From positions 1 to 52,547 of IMG/VR virus record IMGVR_UViG_3300032224_000653: a DNA stretch of 52,547 nucleotides; one strand, given 5' to 3'. The notes under the pieces are model-generated. The model made no database searches, was not told where the DNA came from, and worked only from the letters and a program-made list of their open reading frames with translations. The DNA comes from a virus. Its lineage: Duplodnaviria > Caudoviricetes. The translations under genes and the position numbers were made by a program. Shown here one piece after another: positions 28,777 to 37,929 of this stretch. Numbering within the stretch: the first letter of the stretch is position 1; every line of letters begins with the position of its first letter.

Positions 28777-30120
28777 CTACACTAATACGCAATTTAGGGC
28801 GTCCAGCAGAGCATCTTGCAAATTTATTTTTCCGTCCAAGACCCTTACGACCTGCTCGTCAATACTGTTGGCCACCGTTAGGTGATGTATAATAACCGGT
28901 TTTTCTTGCCCTTGGCGGTAGATCCTAGCATTCGCCTGGATGTAGTTCTCTGAGCTCCATGGTAGATCGAACCAGACCGTTTGTGCTGTGTCTCCAACGT
29001 TGCACTGTAAATTAAGCCCGATGCCCCCCGATTGTGGGTGGGCAAGGAGCATACGAATCTCGCCACGACGCCACGCCTCAATGTTGTCATCGTCCAGCAC
29101 CACCGCCTCTGGGAACAGAAGACGTAGTCGTTGGAGCGAATGCTTGAAATGATAGAAGACAAGCGTGGGACTTGAAGATTCTTCCATGATCGACTCAAGA
29201 TATTCCAGTTTAGCGCGGTGTACTTCTTTTGGTTCTCCTTCTTCGTTGTAGACCGCTCCTGATGTGAACTGGAGCAGCTTGTTCGCCAGTGCCGCCGCTG
29301 TTGGAGCTGTGATTTTTTCTTTCTTGACCTCAACGACCATGTCTTTTCTAAGCTCGTCATATTTTGCCCTTATTGGTTTGTCTATCTCAATCTTGTGATA
29401 AAGCGAAGTACAGCTAGGTAGCTGCAGATAATCCTCAGCCTTAAGACTAAAACAAATATCTGAAATTTTATCTTTAATAACCTCATCACATCCCTGTTTT
29501 AATTTCCAGCTATATACGACACGGGTGTGTCTGTTCATTTGATCCGGCGTCATGTACTTGTCCCTAAAGCGGGTCAGGCTGGTCTCTAAACGGCTTCCTA
29601 GATCCAGTATACCCACCTGAGACCAGAGATCTTGCATGCCCTGAGGGGTAGGTGTACCCGTGAGGATTAAACGCCGTGAGAAGCCCTTTAAATGCTTCTT
29701 GAGTGCCTTAAAGCGCTTGGTGCTCGGATCCTTGAATCGACTACTCTCATCTATTACTAAGTTAGTGAACACTAACTTATCTGAGAGGCCACAGAGCCAT
29801 GCCACGTTCTCAAGGTTTATCAGATAAATATCTGCGTCCGAATTCAAGGCGGACAATCTCTGGCTCGGCGATCCCATGATCTTCGATACACGTAGGTGCC
29901 GTAGATGGCTCCACTTCTTGACCTCGGCGTCCCATACCGTCTCCGCTACTCTCTTGGGGGCAATGATCAGCGTCTTGCCCTGCATCTGCTCCGCTATGAT
30001 TGTGAGTGTTGTAGTGGTCTTCCCTAAGCCAGGTGGTAAGAATAGGCCCAAGTTCGGGATAGACCTCGCCCTGTTGATTAGATCCTGTTGGTATGGGTGC
30101 AGCTGATTCCTGTTTAGCAT
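28777..30120 (-). CDS. SNF2-family helicase
   Basis: LHPYQ, PGLGKT, IIAPKRV, VIDESS, LTGTP, GIGLNLQ, QANARIYRQGQ. Confidence 0.92.
   Translation of the reverse strand: MLNRNQLHPYQQDLINRARSIPNLGLFLPPGLGKTTTTLTIIAEQMQGKTLIIAPKRVAETVWDAEVKKWSHLRHLRVSKIMGSPSQRLSALNSDADIYLINLENVAWLCGLSDKLVFTNLVIDESSRFKDPSTKRFKALKKHLKGFSRRLILTGTPTPQGMQDLWSQVGILDLGSRLETSLTRFRDKYMTPDQMNRHTRVVYSWKLKQGCDEVIKDKISDICFSLKAEDYLQLPSCTSLYHKIEIDKPIRAKYDELRKDMVVEVKKEKITAPTAAALANKLLQFTSGAVYNEEGEPKEVHRAKLEYLESIMEESSSPTLVFYHFKHSLQRLRLLFPEAVVLDDDNIEAWRRGEIRMLLAHPQSGGIGLNLQCNVGDTAQTVWFDLPWSSENYIQANARIYRQGQEKPVIIHHLTVANSIDEQVVRVLDGKINLQDALLDALNCVLV
28781..28792 (-). promoter_or_regulatory. Phage promoter TTGCGTATTAGT driving the region-4-like gene (leaderless)
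   Basis: Lies in the last codons of the helicase gene, 6 nt before ATG 28774. Confidence 0.75.
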
Positions 30121-30661
30121 TCTTTTCAATTGCCTTTACCATCGCTTTTAGTATTGGCAACATCTCCTTGTCAGTAAATTGATTTGTTGCGGCGTTAACG
30201 GCCCACAGCACGATACGAATGTTGTCCTTGGTGTAGTCCTTGTTGCTGTCTATTCTATCAATTGACGGTGCGTATGGGTGGGTGCTGGCGCCGTTGTTGG
30301 GTTTATCTAAACAAAACAACAGGCCGGTCATTTGACAGACGCCTTGCTCTAGCGCCGGTATCACGTCGTCAGTTGTGATATAAAAACCAATCTTTCTGCG
30401 CCTTGCTGAATCTTTGGTTCGGCTCCATATATATTTGGCTCGGCTAACAGGATCGAGTGTGTACTTGGTGATGTAATCTTTTCGTTCTTGGACTCGGCTC
30501 CAAAACTTTTCAGGTGTCTCCCATATCTCATAGTTAAAACCCATCTTGTTTATTTTAGACAAATACCCCCTAAATAACACTCGGCCCTTACCTTTGGAGT
30601 CATACTGTCTCGTGTCGCCGCACTCAAACTCTTTTCCTGTCTCAGGATTTAATCGCCTCAC
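29810..30661 (-). CDS. HNH-like endonuclease (putative homing endonuclease)
   Basis: CQMTG...PSIDRIDSNKDYTKDNIRIVLWAVN motif; inserted between VRR-NUC and the helicase; C-terminal third overprints the helicase. Confidence 0.75.
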   Translation of the reverse strand: MRRLNPETGKEFECGDTRQYDSKGKGRVLFRGYLSKINKMGFNYEIWETPEKFWSRVQERKDYITKYTLDPVSRAKYIWSRTKDSARRRKIGFYITTDDVIPALEQGVCQMTGLLFCLDKPNNGASTHPYAPSIDRIDSNKDYTKDNIRIVLWAVNAATNQFTDKEMLPILKAMVKAIEKNAKQESAAPIPTGSNQQGEVYPELGPILTTWLREDHYNTHNHSGADAGQDADHCPQESSGDGMGRRGQEVEPSTAPTCIEDHGIAEPEIVRLEFGRRYLSDKP

Positions 30662-30917
30662 GGATAAACTCCTCTATGTCATCATAGTTACGCAACACGT
30701 GCACAGAAAAGCCATGCTCGCCCAGCTCATCAAACACGTACATCTGACGTGGTGACAACGAGCCCGTTGTTGTTTTCAATTCCACTAAGTGAACCTGATT
30801 GTTGAGAAACACCAATCGGTCCGGCACCCCCGTCACGCTGCTGATCCATTTGTAGCTCAGGCCCCCTGACTCCTTGACCCTTTTTGTTAGGTATTTTTCT
30901 ACTTGTTTTTCTAGCAT
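30642..30917 (-). CDS. VRR-NUC nuclease
   Basis: LEKQVE, GVPDRLV, VELK, LSPRQ. Confidence 0.9.
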   Translation of the reverse strand: MLEKQVEKYLTKRVKESGGLSYKWISSVTGVPDRLVFLNNQVHLVELKTTTGSLSPRQMYVFDELGEHGFSVHVLRNYDDIEEFIREAIKS

Positions 30918-31311
30918 ACTTTTCTTTCTCGTGCATACAGATCTTAAAGATCTGTCCCGCTAAGTGGCCCGATAAATAGGCACGTGTCTCGTGTACAAAG
31001 TTATCCTCCTCGCCTATGTGCTCGGCCAAATGATCAACGGCATGACTAACCTCGTGAGCAATCGTATCAACCAGCTCCCCAAGATTATCGTTAACCAAAG
31101 ACATATCAAAAACCAAAATAATGATTGCATTCTTTCCGTCTCCGATAAGATGAGTCTCGGCAATCCCCGAATCCAGCGCACTAGCCTTGAGAGTAACATC
31201 GTGGTCCTTTAGTATCTGTTGAAATACCTTGTCGTCAAAACACAGCTTTACGACGTCAGGGAAGAACCCGACGTTGAGCTTGTAGTAGTTGTAGTTCTTT
31301 TTCTTAACCAT
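30730..31311 (-). CDS. HExxH metalloprotease-like hypothetical protein
   Basis: IAHEVSHAV with downstream ETRAY; tail overlaps VRR-NUC. Confidence 0.6.
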   Translation of the reverse strand: MVKKKNYNYYKLNVGFFPDVVKLCFDDKVFQQILKDHDVTLKASALDSGIAETHLIGDGKNAIIILVFDMSLVNDNLGELVDTIAHEVSHAVDHLAEHIGEEDNFVHETRAYLSGHLAGQIFKICMHEKEKYARKTSRKIPNKKGQGVRGPELQMDQQRDGGAGPIGVSQQSGSLSGIENNNGLVVTTSDVRV

Positions 31312-31538
31312 CAGTGCCTCGTGTTTTTTGGCTTGTTGAGCTTTTCTACAATCTCTTGCTGCTCTTCTTCGGATAAGTCTTCTAGTGCCATAGCGTCTGC
31401 TAATATTTCACCTGTCTCAACCATCTGCACAATGCCCCGCATCAGGGCGTTGAGCTCTTCTTGTGTGACAAGGCCGTCTGCTAATAGCTCATCGGCCCAG
31501 CCCTCTTCAAACTCTACTGTTTTCTTTTTCTTAGTCAT
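31311..31538 (-). CDS. Acidic hypothetical protein
   Basis: TGATG coupling. Confidence 0.65.
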   Translation of the reverse strand: MTKKKKTVEFEEGWADELLADGLVTQEELNALMRGIVQMVETGEILADAMALEDLSEEEQQEIVEKLNKPKNTRH

Positions 31539-31785
31539 TTCTGTGGTACCTATCGTTGGGGTTGTTAAGCATTGCTTTAATAAGTTCTTCTGTATTAAAG
31601 AACCATTGAATACACTTGCGTCCGTCTGCTTGGTAGATGGTAAAGCTCATTTGTTCATCGCTTGTAACATGCCGCTGATAATTGCAAATAATACTTCACC
31701 AACAATAACACCCCAAAATATAGTAAAGTAAATTGATGGTGCATCAAAGTGATCTAATAAAAAATAAGTTAAAAAGTAAATCATT

Positions 31786-33142
31786 CTATTCTCCTATTCC
31801 GTGGGCGCGTTCGATGGCGCGGGCGAACTGCATAACACCTGCATGAGTGTCGATGTATACATCCAACGACTCCAAAATGTTATCAATTTGTTCTTGGGTC
31901 AACGGAGTACGTTGCACATCTTGCCGGTCTTGTGTGGTGAATGTGGTCATAGCTTTCTAATCTCCTCAACAATCTGTGCTAAACCTAATACATTTATGTC
32001 TGCCGAACTTGGGTGCACTTGACAACATAAAACCATGCGGTGTGTAAAGTCGCCTATTTCTTCATTTGTTAATTCTCTTACTGCTGACTTTTCTTGCCAC
32101 ACTGGTTTAAAGTTTTCTAAAAGACCGACAGGTGTATCAGGCAGTTCCTCGTAATACTCTTTAAAATATAACTGCTTTTTCAACGCCGCAATTTCAGCTT
32201 GTTGCTGGCGTAGCATGGTGGCTGCTTGCTCCATATACTTATCGCAGTCGTACTCCATAGTAAGACTAGACATTAACTTATCAGCTAGTTCATTTGCGTT
32301 CATTCTTGTGCCTTTCTTAACTGTTCTGCTATTTTTACGCAAAAATCCATGTGTTCTTGATAATCATCGCTGAGTCTTATGCAAAGATACTTGCCGTCTT
32401 TGTCTCTAAGGTTTGATATACAGATAGCTATTGCCTCCGCTAATCCAGCCACAGTATTTTGCTCAACGCAATAAGCAATACTTTTTACCCTTAATTCGTC
32501 TATGTTCATTTCTCTTGTGCCTTTCTTAGTATTGCTCTAGCAAAATCAACATCGCCATTCCATCTGTGCTGGTGCGCCAATTCTTTAATTTCTTCTTCAG
32601 TTAAATCACGCATATGTTTATACATACAGTAAACAATCTGCGCTTCATCGCATTTACGGCAGATTACTCTGACCTCATGTTTCATTTCTCCTGTGCCTTT
32701 CTTAGTATTGCTTTAGCAAAGTCTAATCTTCCTGTTTCATACAAGGAATCAATGCCATGATATTCAGCAAGTTCTTGTATTTCCTCATCTGTTAGTGTCT
32801 TTGATTCGTTGTAATGCAATGGTGTATCAAGTGACACATTTAAATGATGCGTTGTTTTGCCGTCCCATTTAATTGTTACATTGTATTTAATGTCGTTATG
32901 GTTCATTTCTCTTGTGCCTTTCTTATGCAAGCCCTTACAAACTCATGCGGATAATCGTCAATGCAGTTGTATTCATGCGCCAACATATCTATTTCCTCAT
33001 CTGTTAGTGTCTTTACTGGATGAGTATAGAGTGGTGTTGTAATTCCCATGTTTTCCACTTTATTTTCTGAAACGCAATCGGCTAAATACAATGCCTCATC
33101 CTTAAATCTATCTAAATTAATCCACGCTACTGGTTCATTCAT
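31786..33142 (-). repeat. Tandem array of six small genes with related C-terminal modules and a repeated DNA junction
   Basis: ORFs 32903-33142, 32682-32906, 32506-32685, 32300-32509, 31947-32303, 31786-31950; LTxEEI in most, RKAQE(K) ends; AGAAAGGCACAxGA(GA)AATGAA-type junction four times. Confidence 0.75.
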
Positions 33143-33765
33143 ACCAACCCCTTACAAAAAATGAGTCACCACACGCATCAATTTCATGTTGCGGGTAGCC
33201 GTTATCTAATAACCACTGGCGCGTGTTGTCGACGTGCTCGGGGATCTCTTTGGGAAAGCCATATCTCCAGCCACTGGGCGGGTCAATCATCTTGCGCTTG
33301 GGTTCACTCATTTGATCTGATCCATCAGAGCCTCGAGCTCTTCGTGTTGGTAGCGCAGCACACGGATGGCCTCTTGGATCAGCTCTAATCCCTTGGCCTC
33401 TGGGTTGCCGTATCGTTGGTCTAGCTGTTCAATTAGTTCTTGTGTTGTCATGTTAGTCATCCATTCCGTGATACTTGTCTAATAATTTATCGGCCAGTTC
33501 AAGGGAGCGCTCGACTGCTACATCGTCCCATGTCTTGTCCTTTACATCAAACTTCCAGTCACCGGCGCAGATGCCTTGGAGGATTGAGGTTGCTACCCGT
33601 AGGCGGTGCGTGTCATTCATCATTTTTTGATTCCTTGTAGTTAATTGCAAAGTTGGCGTACTGCCACATCTGTTGTGCCGCAATGGCTGGGGCCTCGCCC
33701 CTCGCCACCAATCCCATTAATGCAAACGCTGCGTACATCATGCGCTCGTCGTCTTTGTCCATCAT
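33139..33765 (-). other. Four small hypothetical genes between the array and primase
   Basis: Read manually: MSEPKRKMIDPPSGWRYGFP..., MTTQELIEQ..., MMNDTHRL..., MMDKDDER... Confidence 0.55.
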
Positions 33766-36050
33766 TAAAATACTCCCTCGTCAAATGTTTCAATGCTATC
33801 TAAATATTTCTGTGCCTTGTCGTTGACCTTGATGCCTTGGTAGACGTTGACACGCTCGCCGTTGATCTGCACCACCTCGGAGCGCACAAAGTGCTCCTGC
33901 GTGGCGGCCAAGAACCTGCGCTTGAATGCCTGCTCTGTCCCTGGCGCCATAGACTTCTTAAGCGCCCAGTGCTTCCAGCACGCAAACACGTCCTCCTTGC
34001 GTGTGTAGCTGAGTGGATCAAACTCCAAGGCGTCCTCGGTAAAGGTGCCCATCGGATTGCCCAGCTCCGCCATCAGGTCTAGGTACTCCTTGCCTGTTTG
34101 TGGTTGAACAAAGTGCCCACCTCTTGTGACACGCCGCTTGAGTCCCTCCATCGCCCAGTTAAAGATACCGCCCAGCTCTTGCTCTAGCTTATGCGCCAAG
34201 TCGGTGTCTTCCTTGTTAAAGAATGACTTGGTCATCTTCAACACAATCATGCGGCCGGTGAGTGCGTTAGAGTTCTCGGTTAGCTGAAGTACCTCGTTAG
34301 AATAAATAACCAAACGAGTAGGCAGGTAGCCATTCCAAGACTCTTTGTTCTTGCGGTTAACGGTAATTGTATCGCCCCCAACAATGCGCAAAAGCTGAGA
34401 TACAACAGCAGATCTATTTCGCTCAGGTGCTCTTGCGTCAGTAAAACTAGCGAGGAGCTTACCCAGCCAAGGCTGTAGACCAAATGTATCACATAGCTCT
34501 CCTAATTCCGGTGCCACTGTATTGTGCTGTCCAAGTAGGGCCACCAAGACCTTGTTGATGGTGCCCTTGCCTGATCGGCGTGGCCCAATAATGTTAAAGA
34601 ATTTTTGCTGTCTCGTATCTCCCGATAGAATATAGCCAAACATCTCCTGCAGCGTGTCGATCGAGTCCTGATCGTCCGGCCACACCGACCGCAGAAAGGT
34701 GTCCCACGTCGGCGACTGGGCGCTGGGGTTATACGCAAAGGGTAGTGAGTTCTGCGTAAAGAATCCTAGCGAGTGCGGCAACAAGATGCTGTCCTCTAAA
34801 TGGAAGATGCCATTCTTGAGGCTGATCAGTTTAGAGGCCGCCGGCTTGGTGGCTGCATAGTCCTCTAACCAAATCGGTGGCTTAGTGTTTGGGTGGTTGG
34901 CCAAGTGCACAATCGACTTAATTGCGTCGATGGCGCCCGAGACCGTGGCTGGGGATGGATTAAACGGCACCAGCGCCCCCTGCTTGCCCGACTTCTTACA
35001 CTTGTCCAAAAAGGCGTATACCTTGGAGCGGATGGTGGCCTCCTCGATGATCTCGTAGTGTGTGCCTGCGTAGATAAAGAAGTCGTCTGCGTAGTGCACG
35101 AGTCGGTAGCCCTCCTCACTGGCGTAGTAGTTGTCTAGGAACGTCCGTGCGTGGTTCATTGCGCCCGAGTCCAGCACGATCTCTCCTCGGGCGAGCGCCT
35201 CCTTTCTTGCTTGATTGTTCACCAAGAAGATTAAAGATCGCAACGTTGCGCCGCCGCCCTTGAACGTGCGCCACTTATTCTCGCAGGCGTTGGCGTGGTA
35301 GCCCTCGCCCTTGGACGACCAACGATCCCAGGCCTCGCAGGCCTCGATGTCGCCGTGGAATTGATGGTGCAGCACCATGCCGACCCTGAGCCAGCTGTCG
35401 TAGCCGTAGTCCTCAAACTTGTCCAGCAGCTCGCTCTCCACTCTGCCGAGGTCCCACTCCTCGAGCGGCGCCGTGTAGTCACCGAACGAGTCCCCCGTGT
35501 TGCGCATGGTGCGCTCGGGGATGATGTCGGTGAGGTCCTGCGCCTCGTTGGGTATATCACCACCGAGGGTGTGTCCGGTGACGGTGAAGTATCTGCCCTT
35601 GGAGTAGGCCTCGAACCCAATCGAGTGGTCGGTGTGTGCATGAAAGGGCACCGAGCGTGTGAAGATCTTCACGCCGGTACCGGAGGGCGATACCTCCATG
35701 TAGCCCTCGACCCGTGAGGCTAATTGCTGCATTGCAGCATTTATGAAACCGTCTGTGGGGTCGTACACGTCGTCTAGGTCGATGCCTACTAGGTTGTCGT
35801 CGCCTGAGAACACAAAGCCGATGCCGTCAAATTTGTGGGTGTTGTATGCCTGCTCCACGGAGAGGAAGTCTGTCCATGTATCGGGGTTGGTCGATGAGGC
35901 GTAGCGGCCGGTTGTCTGGAGGGGCATCTTTGCCCATCTCTTGTTCTCTGCGTCGCCCACCTCGACAAATGACCACATCACCCACCTAGGCACGCAACGG
36001 AGCTCTAGCGGGATGTTGGCCAGCTGTACTGGTAAACTGGTTGGTTTCAT
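33765..36050 (-). CDS. Primase-helicase (AEP/PrimPol + PriCT-2 + D5/SF3 helicase)
   Basis: GIGFV..GIDLD, EVSPSGTG, RYFTVTG; YDSWLRVGMVLH..WDRWS; GPRRSGKG Walker A. Confidence 0.92.
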   Translation of the reverse strand: MKPTSLPVQLANIPLELRCVPRWVMWSFVEVGDAENKRWAKMPLQTTGRYASSTNPDTWTDFLSVEQAYNTHKFDGIGFVFSGDDNLVGIDLDDVYDPTDGFINAAMQQLASRVEGYMEVSPSGTGVKIFTRSVPFHAHTDHSIGFEAYSKGRYFTVTGHTLGGDIPNEAQDLTDIIPERTMRNTGDSFGDYTAPLEEWDLGRVESELLDKFEDYGYDSWLRVGMVLHHQFHGDIEACEAWDRWSSKGEGYHANACENKWRTFKGGGATLRSLIFLVNNQARKEALARGEIVLDSGAMNHARTFLDNYYASEEGYRLVHYADDFFIYAGTHYEIIEEATIRSKVYAFLDKCKKSGKQGALVPFNPSPATVSGAIDAIKSIVHLANHPNTKPPIWLEDYAATKPAASKLISLKNGIFHLEDSILLPHSLGFFTQNSLPFAYNPSAQSPTWDTFLRSVWPDDQDSIDTLQEMFGYILSGDTRQQKFFNIIGPRRSGKGTINKVLVALLGQHNTVAPELGELCDTFGLQPWLGKLLASFTDARAPERNRSAVVSQLLRIVGGDTITVNRKNKESWNGYLPTRLVIYSNEVLQLTENSNALTGRMIVLKMTKSFFNKEDTDLAHKLEQELGGIFNWAMEGLKRRVTRGGHFVQPQTGKEYLDLMAELGNPMGTFTEDALEFDPLSYTRKEDVFACWKHWALKKSMAPGTEQAFKRRFLAATQEHFVRSEVVQINGERVNVYQGIKVNDKAQKYLDSIETFDEGVF

Positions 36051-36072
36051 GTAATCCTTTCTTCTTGCCGTA

Positions 36073-36084
36073 ACTAATACGCAA
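36073..36084 (-). promoter_or_regulatory. Phage promoter TTGCGTATTAGT upstream of primase
   Basis: ACTAATACGCAA on the plus strand. Confidence 0.75.
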
Positions 36085-36181
36085 AATGACCTGTTTGCAT
36101 TCCACAGTGTGAAATAATAATTCTATATAACTAAAAGTAGTAGATATTGTGATTTTCATAACCAAACCATGAACAAGTCAC

Positions 36182-36347
36182 GGGGTTACGGGGGTTGCGT
36201 GGGTATATTTCCAGTTCCTTACCCTTGCTTACGCTTTCTTTTAAAAAATTTTAAAAAATAGTAAAAAGACCTCGTAACCCCTGCAACCCCTGTACCGACC
36301 TTGTAAGTCATTGATTTTATTGAAAACAGATGATAATGATTCTCAAT
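36182..36347. repeat. Origin-like element, copy 1 (inverted iterons, AT-rich core, IHF site, Fur box)
   Basis: GGGGTTACGGGGGTTGC 36182-36198 / GTAACCCCTGCAACCCC 36274-36290 around A/T tracts; IHF consensus 36304-36316; next to primase. Confidence 0.65.
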
Positions 36348-37368
36348 AGCAGGTAACGTACTGGCCGTTGACTATGCAGACCCTCTGCCCCCCGTCCGGC
36401 AGGTTAATAATTATTGGGTTTGCCAGCGCCACGGCTATATGTCCTAAAAAGTATAAGGCCGTGAAAAGTAATAACAGTTTAATGAATATGTTCATAGCAT
36501 CACCTCGTGTCCTTTTTGTTCTACAATCCGATAGGCCCACTTGCGAAAGGCCTCCCTGTTTTTTGTGGTCTGCTCGTCTTGTGGATCCCACACGGCGTCC
36601 ACCACGTGCTTGCCTGTCGCCTCGTCACTGAATGCTATGGTGTTGAGGTTGCCGTCCTTGTCGAAGTACTCCACCGGAATAACCTTGGCCATTTAGATCT
36701 CCTTTACTTGGGTTTGTTTTTCACGCCACGAGTCTGTCGTGCCGTAGTCGCCACGGATCATGCTCATGCGCTCTGTCTTTCTAAACTCAGGCTCGATTGC
36801 CCACCACGCCAAGGATGCCTCCTTGTACTCGAGCCAGTTGTCGTTTTGTTCAAAGAGTGGGTGGTTCATGCCCTCGTAGTCTACTGTGCGCACGACGTCG
36901 GAGGTTGTTTGCCACTCGCCCTTGTTGTGCCTGCGGTACTGGCCTAGTGATACGTTGTTGCGTGCGGCAATAAAGCGCTGGTAGGCACGTGTCTGTTCTT
37001 GTGTAAATGTTGTCATATTAGCTCCATGTTCTGTGTTGTTCGGCGACCCACTCTAGGCCGTCGTATTCATCAATCTGCCACTTTACATCATCGGGGATCT
37101 CAACAATTTTTAAACTGGCAAACCTGCCACCGGACTCTGATCCAATGTCTTGCACTGTCTGTATTAGCGCCGGATCATCACGCTCAATGTCACGAGAATG
37201 AAAGCTCTCCCCCGTCTCAGGGAAAAAGTATTCATACTCATTAGAGAACGCCCATTTGGAGTCTCGCCTGCCAAGATCAAGTCCTTTGATTTTTGCGTAG
37301 TGTTCGGTCGCCTCGTCTGACAATCCAAAACCACCGTGACAGTTGTTAATTACAATTTTATTCGTCAT
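36343..37368 (-). other. Early-region small hypothetical genes (36343-36495, 36492-36692, 36693-37016, 37018-37368)
   Basis: Coupled minus-strand ORFs; 37018-37368 has GGFGLS...RDDPALI...IDEYDGLEW, a recurrent phage hypothetical. Confidence 0.7.
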
Positions 37369-37927
37369 TCTCTTCCTCCAGCTTGTCTAGGTTGAGTGTG
37401 TCCAAGGATGCCGGCTCTTGGATGAGGTAAAACTTGAGCTGATTCACACGCTTGATGGTCTTGTTTAATACCGTGGATAGCTCCTGCACCGTAGGCACTC
37501 GGCCAAGGGTCTGAGTTAGCGCACGCTCGGTGTAGGTCATCTTGCGGATCTCCTCACGCACCTTGATGGGTATGCGTATCAGATTCTCCGTGTTGTCCAG
37601 CCCACGCTCCACGCCACGAAGAATAAAGCCCTTGGCAAAGGTGGCAAACTTGGCGTTGTTGGTCGGGCTCCACTGGCGTGCGGCCTTGAATAGCCCCTCG
37701 TTGCCAAGGCCAATTAGATCCTCCTGCGGCACACGTGAGTGGTTCCACGCCGTTAGCTTGCGCACGGTGTAGACCACAAAGCGCAGGTTGTGCCTGACCA
37801 AGGCCTCGGTGGCGCTCTCGTCGCCCTCCTGTATGCGCTTGGCCAGCACATACTCGTCCTGCGTTGATAGCACGGGTATGCCGTACAGTGACTGCAGGTA
37901 GTCCGTTAAAAAGTCGTTTCTGCTCAT
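37358..37927 (-). CDS. Phage sigma70-family factor with regions 1.2, 2 and 3 but no region 4
   Basis: YLQSL..IPVLS..DE..LAKRI (1.2), LVRHNLRFVV (2.1), DLIGLGNEGL (2.2), KFATFA (2.3), LIRIP, LGRVPTVQEL (3), ASLD (3.2), then stop. Confidence 0.88.
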   Translation of the reverse strand: MSRNDFLTDYLQSLYGIPVLSTQDEYVLAKRIQEGDESATEALVRHNLRFVVYTVRKLTAWNHSRVPQEDLIGLGNEGLFKAARQWSPTNNAKFATFAKGFILRGVERGLDNTENLIRIPIKVREEIRKMTYTERALTQTLGRVPTVQELSTVLNKTIKRVNQLKFYLIQEPASLDTLNLDKLEEENDE

Positions 37928-37929
37928 CG

